64,000 nucleotides of DNA from positions 62,001 through 126,000 of the IMG/VR virus record IMGVR_UViG_3300029893_000001. The stretch is one strand, 5' to 3'. The notes beneath the pieces are model-generated. The model saw only the letters and a list, made by a program, of their open reading frames with translations, searched no databases and had not been told where the DNA came from. Each line of letters begins with the position of its first letter. Positions within the stretch are counted from its first letter, which is position 1. The position numbers were made by a program, and so were the translations under genes. Below, piece by piece: positions 58,481 through 64,000 of this stretch.

Positions 58481-58640
58481 GACCCGCAGTGTGGATTCGA
58501 ACCACCAAGTTGCCTTGTCATCCATGGTACTATTGGACTGCAGGGGTTTTGGTCCTGTGCAACTTCTCTCGGTGGACCTTCCGAGTTTATATGGGCTTGT
58601 CCTAACCCAGACCGTTTGTAGACGCTAGAACGGCCAACGA
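58481..58640 (-). ncRNA. multi-hairpin RNA ending in a T-loop
   Basis: AAGTTGC/GCAACTT junction, several hairpins, GTGG-TTCGAAT-CCAC. Confidence 0.5.
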
Positions 58641-58642
58641 TC

Positions 58643-59263
58643 TTAGAAATCTCTCAGGTAACGAAGAGCCATCGCAGCTACCTGGACGGCCTCTTTGCGT
58701 GCCTTGGGATGGTCATTGTTCTTAACCTCATCCCACATCTCATCTACCTCTTCTTGCAAGACAGCGTAGGCTTCGTGTCTTGAATTGAAGCGGGCGAACT
58801 TAGCCTCTGCACGTAGAAGCTCAGTCTTGGCTTCTTCTAGGACCTTGTCTACAGAGTTGCGCTCGCCACCTTCTTTGGACTTAGCGGGCCAATTATCCAG
58901 CTTGATCTTGTCAATCGCATCGTAATCGGCCTGTGTGACCTCTCCGTAGAGCTTACGAACAACGATTTCTCTTCCTGCGTCCACAGCTCTCTGGACACCG
59001 TAGACCATGCCGCGACTAATACCACGGTCGAGATAGACGACGCTTCTCTTTGCAGCGGCTCCCCATGCCAAACCTGCTTCAATCCCTAGCCTTCTCTCCT
59101 CTGGGATGGTATCGTCAAGGATGCCTTCCTGAGTGAAAAACAGATGACTGGCGTACGGAGATTCTCCGCGCTGTAGACAATCACGCACACAAGCTTTCGC
59201 GTACGCGACATTTTCCTCAATGTCACCTGCGTACGGCGATTCAATTACGACCAAGTCCATCAA
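58643..59263 (-). CDS. NDT-like domain fused to a MazG-like domain
   Basis: VIESPYAG...SPYASHL...IS.GM; C-terminal HEAYAVLQEEVDEMWD...EAVQVAAM. Confidence 0.75.
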   Translation of the reverse strand: MMDLVVIESPYAGDIEENVAYAKACVRDCLQRGESPYASHLFFTQEGILDDTIPEERRLGIEAGLAWGAAAKRSVVYLDRGISRGMVYGVQRAVDAGREIVVRKLYGEVTQADYDAIDKIKLDNWPAKSKEGGERNSVDKVLEEAKTELLRAEAKFARFNSRHEAYAVLQEEVDEMWDEVKNNDHPKARKEAVQVAAMALRYLRDF

Positions 59264-59297
59264 AGCTCCTCCTTGATGAACCAGGCTTTACAGAGAG

Positions 59298-59372
59298 GGC
59301 GACCGACGGGATTCGAACCCGCAACCTCAGGAGCCACAATCCTGCGCTCTAACCATTTGAGCTACGGCCGCC
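59298..59372 (-). tRNA. tRNA-His(GTG)
   Basis: G-1:C73, loop TTGTGGC. Confidence 0.92.
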
Positions 59373-59383
59373 ATGTGAGGTAT

Positions 59384-59412
59384 TTGCACACCTTATAAAT
59401 CTGAAGTACTAT
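59384..59412 (+). promoter_or_regulatory. sigma70-like promoter, probably leaderless
   Basis: TTGCAC-17nt-TACTAT, ATG 6 nt later. Confidence 0.55.
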
Positions 59413-59418
59413 TAGAAC

Positions 59419-60030
59419 ATGAAACATAGGAGGGTAGGTGGATTCCTACTGCTGCTATTCGCAGCGTGCACACCTACCCACTATGTAACAACAGGGATCG
59501 ACCAACGATGCGCAGCCCAACTAATGCAAAACATCGACGGCATTCCCCAACACTGGCCATCGTACTCTTTCCCCCTCGATGTCAGGGTGAACGATGAATT
59601 GCCGGACCAGTACTTGAGGGCTATAGAACAGGCTGTCGACGGGTGGAATAGCGCACTAGGTGTAGAGTTCCTTCTCTTAGGCACAACGTATGACAGAGTA
59701 CCTACAACTGGTACTATAATTGTGTATTCTGAAGACCTTGGGTCTAACAAAGTCTCTGGGGTTCGCCTGCTAGGCGACGCCAGAAGTAACGTGAGACCAC
59801 AAGGTACAGTACGTAGCGCTAGGATCAGGCTAGACAGCGGAATGACTCATCACAAGACACTAGTCCATGTTGCTATGCACGAAATAGGACATACGCTAGG
59901 GCTGCGTCATGACGACGAGGACAAGCACTCGTTGATGTATCCGTACACCTGGAGTCCCGAACAACAATTCCTTCGACAAGAAGACATCGAAGCAGTTCGA
60001 GCCCAGCTCCCAGATCACCTACGCTACTGA
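59419..60030 (+). CDS. matrixin-family metalloprotease lipoprotein
   Basis: Lipobox FAAC; HEIGHTLGLRH; Met-turn SLMYP. Confidence 0.9.
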   Translation: MKHRRVGGFLLLLFAACTPTHYVTTGIDQRCAAQLMQNIDGIPQHWPSYSFPLDVRVNDELPDQYLRAIEQAVDGWNSALGVEFLLLGTTYDRVPTTGTIIVYSEDLGSNKVSGVRLLGDARSNVRPQGTVRSARIRLDSGMTHHKTLVHVAMHEIGHTLGLRHDDEDKHSLMYPYTWSPEQQFLRQEDIEAVRAQLPDHLRY

Positions 60031-60547
60031 GCGCTCACCGTATCTCACGTCTACACAAGCGACGTACTTGAGCCCAGAAGGAACGGCCTCTTCGAAATGA
60101 GGGGGACTCTAGTTCATCTACGTGTACTTGAAGCATGCTGACTTCTGCCAGAAGTCTGTTTGCAACTTTCAATCCCTCTCTTAGATTAACGACACGAATC
60201 GCTAGATCCTGTTCCCGTGTATACGGCCTCATTTGCTTCGCCGTCATGGCCACTCCGAACACGCGACAACACGTCCGTAGCCTGTACGCTGGTGTTCTAG
60301 CGATGCTGTCCACATGTCCACATTAGGCTCGCAGTCACCACGGCAAATGGTCGCACGCGCCTCGGCCTCAAAAACCTCTCGCACATCGTCGGCGGTAATT
60401 GGATCGATCTTCTCGGACGCAAACGTGAAACCCTCGGCCTCCTCGATAGCTATCTGCAGATCGGATGGCTCGCCCGTTTCGCTGAGCACCCAATAAGTGG
60501 CTCCGCCGTCATCGACACAAAAGAGTCTCACTTCCTCACCTCTTTGA

Positions 60548-60634
60548 TGGGCAAGGTGGGATTCGAACCCACTCAGGCACAAAGGCCACCTGATTTACAG
60601 TCAGGCCCGGCTCTCCAACGCGCGGCGCTTGCCC
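60548..60634 (-). tRNA. tRNA-Tyr(GTA)
   Basis: Class II, loop CTGTAAA. Confidence 0.9.
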
Positions 60635-60658
60635 GAAGGGCCCATATGGGCCCGCATT

Positions 60659-62923
60659 TCACTCAGCAGCTTCTGCTGCTTCCAAACTCACGACAAGCTT
60701 CTTTGCTTCCTGATAGGTTGCAACAGCCGTCGAAATCTCGTGCTGAATTGCAATGTTACAGAGATGGTACTCCACAGAACGATTAAGGTCTTCGGGGGTT
60801 ACCTGAACACCGTAAGACTGAAGTCTGTTGTGGAGATAGGTACGCCTCTTTGCGTCGAATTTCTCGATGCTAAAGACCAAACGGTCTCCGTTTTCATCCC
60901 GGTTCAGCTCCTCAACTAGCTTCTTCGCTTCGTCCGGCTGCTTTCGAACGAAAGTGGTCATTTTCTCACGCCACACGTGATCGACCACCTTTCGAATGAC
61001 ATCACCCGTAGCGCCTTCGAGCCTCCTGGCTGGAAGATCGAAATCGGAGTCCGAATTCACCACAACCGGAAGAAACGAGGAGAAGTGCTTCAGTAGCTTA
61101 ACACGGTCTGCTTGGGTCAACTCTCCGACAATCAACACCTTGTTGAACCGCCGAATCATCGGCATCGGAATTCGACCAGGATGGTTCGTGGCACCCCAAA
61201 CAGACAGTTGGGGATAGCGAACAATACCGTCCATCAAGATCTGGAATTCAGTCGTAAGGTTCACGCCACCGAATGATCGGTAGCCTTCATCCTTCTTGAG
61301 GACCGCATCAATCTCGTCGATGAGAATGTGCACGTGCTTCTTAGACGACTTCTGAATCTTGAGGGCACCCTCGAACAGACGCTTCGGATTCTTCTCCGCC
61401 TCGCCCAACCAACACGTCAAGAAATCAGACCCTTGCGCGAACACGCCCACAGACTTCTTATCGCCACCAACCGCTCGAAGAATTTCACTCTTTCCACATC
61501 CCTGAGGACCGATGAGCAGGACATTGCTCTTGTCAGCCGACCTAGACGGTGAAGTCGCCATGAACAAGTCATGGAAGGCGGCAGAAGACTCAATCTGGTT
61601 GATGAAATCCTTCACTTCGTTGAACCCGGAACCTACGATTTCCTCCAGGTTGACCACCGGGCGTTCGCCTGGAACGATCTGAAGACCTCCAGGAGCATCA
61701 CCCAAAAAGCTGTTCCCGCTGCCAATATGACAGGTGAAGAAAGTGTTTTCGCCTTCGTAGTAGTTCCGCAGTTCTGACTTACGGCTCAAAACGTACTGAA
61801 CTACTTCCTTAGCCGTTGCGCCTGCCGTAAGTAGACCTGCTACAGTAGCGATGGTCTCATTTTTGAATGCGATGGCGAACCGCTCCTCTGCAGTAAGAAT
61901 CCCTTCCTTCTCTTTGTACGAGACACGATTTGGATCCAAATCCGAAATGAAATCAAGTGCTCGCTCGAAATCGAACAAAGTCGGAGAATTCTTAGGAGTT
62001 ACCTTCCGCAGAACCGCGTAGACAGGACCACGAAGCGGATCTACAAAAGCCCGGATTTGCTTCGAAAGCTCCCAAAGCGCCTGAAACCGGGATTTCACGA
62101 ATTCGATGAGAGCCTGTGGCTTCTGAATGAAGCCCTGAATAATGCCCTCTTGCATAGTCCTAATCATCAATTCGGCCTTCCGAATTGAGTACGCACTCAC
62201 CTCGTCTGGCGCCTTCCCGTCTGCGATTTCCCCATGCGCGTCTACGTTCTGATAGATCGAAAGGGCGAGGTCCGTTACAATCGGCGTCACGTGAATCTCA
62301 TACCCATCCACCGAATGACGCTTCACGAGTGTGTTGTAGTAGCTATCCAGAGCGTCAGTAACCAGGTACGCCAGATTCGTCAGATTCTGAGGAAGTGCCT
62401 CCAACTCCAAAACAGCGCCCACGAACCGACTCACTGCTTCAGCGTTGAACTGAATCTCCACCATTGCACGCTGGAGATTATCGGGATCGAACAAGTCCCG
62501 ATTACGGTCCTTCTTGGGACACAAGAGAAGCTCGCCGGGAGTCAGCCGTTCCACAGCCTCACGAATACGATGAATGCCGTCCTGCATGCCGCCCATGATT
62601 GAAATCACAAGGCGAATGAAGTTGTTACCAGTCACCGCCGACAATTCCGAAAACGGATCGCTATCGAACTCCTGTGTCGATGCGAATGGATTCCGCCTGC
62701 GCTGCGAGTTATGCAACTCTTCAGTAAGAGCCCTCCCCAACTGCTTGAGGGTGTGTACGTCATCGTCGAAATCATCGACGGTCTTATTGAGAACGATGCT
62801 AATGTCCTCAAGCTGAGGGCCGAGTTCACCGTTCGTCAACAAGCCTTGCATCAGGTCTGCAAGAGCGTAAAAATCGGTGGGACGAATGTGGACCGTGCTC
62901 GGATCTTTCAAGTTCTGAAGCAT
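60659..62923 (-). CDS. AAA+ ATPase with long N-terminal region
   Basis: GPQGCGKS, IDEIDA, GATN, RRF. Confidence 0.9.
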   Translation of the reverse strand: MLQNLKDPSTVHIRPTDFYALADLMQGLLTNGELGPQLEDISIVLNKTVDDFDDDVHTLKQLGRALTEELHNSQRRRNPFASTQEFDSDPFSELSAVTGNNFIRLVISIMGGMQDGIHRIREAVERLTPGELLLCPKKDRNRDLFDPDNLQRAMVEIQFNAEAVSRFVGAVLELEALPQNLTNLAYLVTDALDSYYNTLVKRHSVDGYEIHVTPIVTDLALSIYQNVDAHGEIADGKAPDEVSAYSIRKAELMIRTMQEGIIQGFIQKPQALIEFVKSRFQALWELSKQIRAFVDPLRGPVYAVLRKVTPKNSPTLFDFERALDFISDLDPNRVSYKEKEGILTAEERFAIAFKNETIATVAGLLTAGATAKEVVQYVLSRKSELRNYYEGENTFFTCHIGSGNSFLGDAPGGLQIVPGERPVVNLEEIVGSGFNEVKDFINQIESSAAFHDLFMATSPSRSADKSNVLLIGPQGCGKSEILRAVGGDKKSVGVFAQGSDFLTCWLGEAEKNPKRLFEGALKIQKSSKKHVHILIDEIDAVLKKDEGYRSFGGVNLTTEFQILMDGIVRYPQLSVWGATNHPGRIPMPMIRRFNKVLIVGELTQADRVKLLKHFSSFLPVVVNSDSDFDLPARRLEGATGDVIRKVVDHVWREKMTTFVRKQPDEAKKLVEELNRDENGDRLVFSIEKFDAKRRTYLHNRLQSYGVQVTPEDLNRSVEYHLCNIAIQHEISTAVATYQEAKKLVVSLEAAEAAE

Positions 62924-62967
62924 TGAACCTAGCCTTCTTCTGAGTCTGAATTTTGAAGGACTGAAAA

Positions 62968-63042
62968 CGAGGGCGATGGGATTTGAACCCACGATCTCCG
63001 GCGTGACAGGCCGGTGTCCACTCCAGGCTGGACCGCGCCCCC
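62968..63042 (-). tRNA. tRNA-Asp(GTC)
   Basis: Loop CTGTCAC. Confidence 0.9.
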
Positions 63043-63047
63043 AGAAC

Positions 63048-63272
63048 CGAGGAGTAGAAGCCCGCTGCCTAGGATGAGCGTCGCTCCTCGTGTAGTTGGA
63101 TTAGTCGGTTAGCCCCACACACGCTACCGACCACAGCTCCCCTACCATGGAGCTTTACCATCCTCACCAGCTCAAACAAAAGGCCGCATGCTGGATTGCG
63201 AATCCAGCCCTTCTATTTGAGTGCCAGCTATGGAACGTCTCTACATTCTACCGGCCGGATAGTGTAGAGTTC
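63048..63272 (-). ncRNA. multi-hairpin non-coding region
   Basis: Five consecutive stem-loops, no ORF. Confidence 0.45.
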
Positions 63273-63280
63273 AAAACGAA

Positions 63281-63466
63281 GCGGTGACAGGTTTTCGACC
63301 GAGTCTTATGTGGCCTCTCTTACTGTGCCTAAAACATCGTAGGTTAACAGCAGTGAGCATGGGTGTTTTGTTACCTACGCACCCTGGCTAGTCCACCTTT
63401 CCGAAGAAAGGGAGGAACATCGCTGTCTTAGGGCCGTTAGTGTAGACCGCAGTCTGCATTCACCGC
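63281..63466 (-). ncRNA. Y RNA-like 10 (non-tRNA pseudoknotted module)
   Basis: GCGGTGAATG...GTCTACA...CCTGTCACCGC; loop-loop CGTAGGT/ACCTACG. Confidence 0.7.
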
Positions 63467-63477
63467 GAGATATGATC

Positions 63478-63628
63478 TCAGTCTTATAGGTAACTGCTGC
63501 TTTATGCGGGGAGCTTTCACGATTTGCCCTTGGCTTTCACGGTTGCCCGTAAACACGAGTCCAGCGCGCTAGACATGGTGCCGCTCCCTCACAAGGGCCG
63601 CCTAAAACATAGTTACCTATAAGACTGA
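63478..63628 (-). ncRNA. structured RNA closed by an 18-bp perfect inverted repeat
   Basis: TCAGTCTTATAGGTAACT / AGTTACCTATAAGACTGA. Confidence 0.55.
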
Positions 63629-63637
63629 AACCAGATC

Positions 63638-63883
63638 TCAACCTTTCCTAACATGTATTTCAGCGTCGGCGTCACCATCTATTACGTGATAGTGGGTAAC
63701 AGCGGTCACACAGAACTTCTTAGGTTCATCCCGCTGGGGATGTGTTGCAGCCCCAGAGTTGGGGAGAACGACAAACTCACCCACACAAGGTACACGACTG
63801 AAACAGATAGGAACTGAATCCCACTTGCGTAAGCTTAGTTCGTCCTCAACAACAACCAAAATCTTAGCACCGATTTTACTCAT
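63638..63883 (-). CDS. hypothetical protein
   Basis: 81 aa; RVPCVGE motif. Confidence 0.55.
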   Translation of the reverse strand: MSKIGAKILVVVEDELSLRKWDSVPICFSRVPCVGEFVVLPNSGAATHPQRDEPKKFCVTAVTHYHVIDGDADAEIHVRKG

Positions 63884-63900
63884 CCTGTTTGCTCTTTACA

Positions 63901-63973
63901 CTCCGACTCCTGGATTCGAACCAGGGACCCGCGAGTTAACAGCTCGCCGCTCTGACCGCTGAGCTAAGTCGGA
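63901..63973 (-). tRNA. tRNA-Asn(GTT)
   Basis: Loop CTGTTAA. Confidence 0.92.
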
Positions 63974-64000
63974 ACAACACCTACTAAACCTGCATGAACT

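Noticed and set aside
63045-63637. RNase P RNA or tmRNA
   Set aside because: No GAGGAAAGTCC P4 signature, and no Ala-type acceptor ends or tag frame.

Overview
The window looks like part of a large (jumbo-type) bacteriophage genome, with roughly 54% GC by eye. Nearly all genes are on the minus strand and densely packed under the standard code. A myxobacterial-style TPR membrane protein and Cys-rich lipoproteins suggest a Myxococcota host (inference). Protein genes include thyA, folA, coaD, an ATP-dependent DNA ligase, an Rnl2-like RNA ligase, AlkB, a radical SAM enzyme, an AAA ATPase, a deamidating NAD-salvage set (PncA, PncB, PncC-like, NadD-like), two vWA proteins, a PP2C phosphatase, HD/MazG/SLOG/NDT nucleotide enzymes, several HNH nucleases and many small hypothetical proteins, the smallest of which are not all listed. 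There are about 25 tRNA genes without encoded CCA, including an amber-suppressor tRNA(CUA) and a Leu(AAG). The most striking feature is an RNA system: one Ro60/TROVE gene plus ten Y-RNA-like genes sharing a GAAUG...CCUGUC terminal helix but carrying different modules (circularly permuted mimics of different tRNA isotypes, minimal stems, and a pseudoknotted non-tRNA module). Several further non-canonical tRNA-framed RNAs accompany them: a triple-T-loop RNA and tRNAs whose anticodon arm is replaced by 20-170 nt inserts. A conserved 20-bp intergenic motif, GCTGAACCCTGNCGATANTA, occurs 8 times and is probably a phage promoter. All structures and family calls were made by eye.
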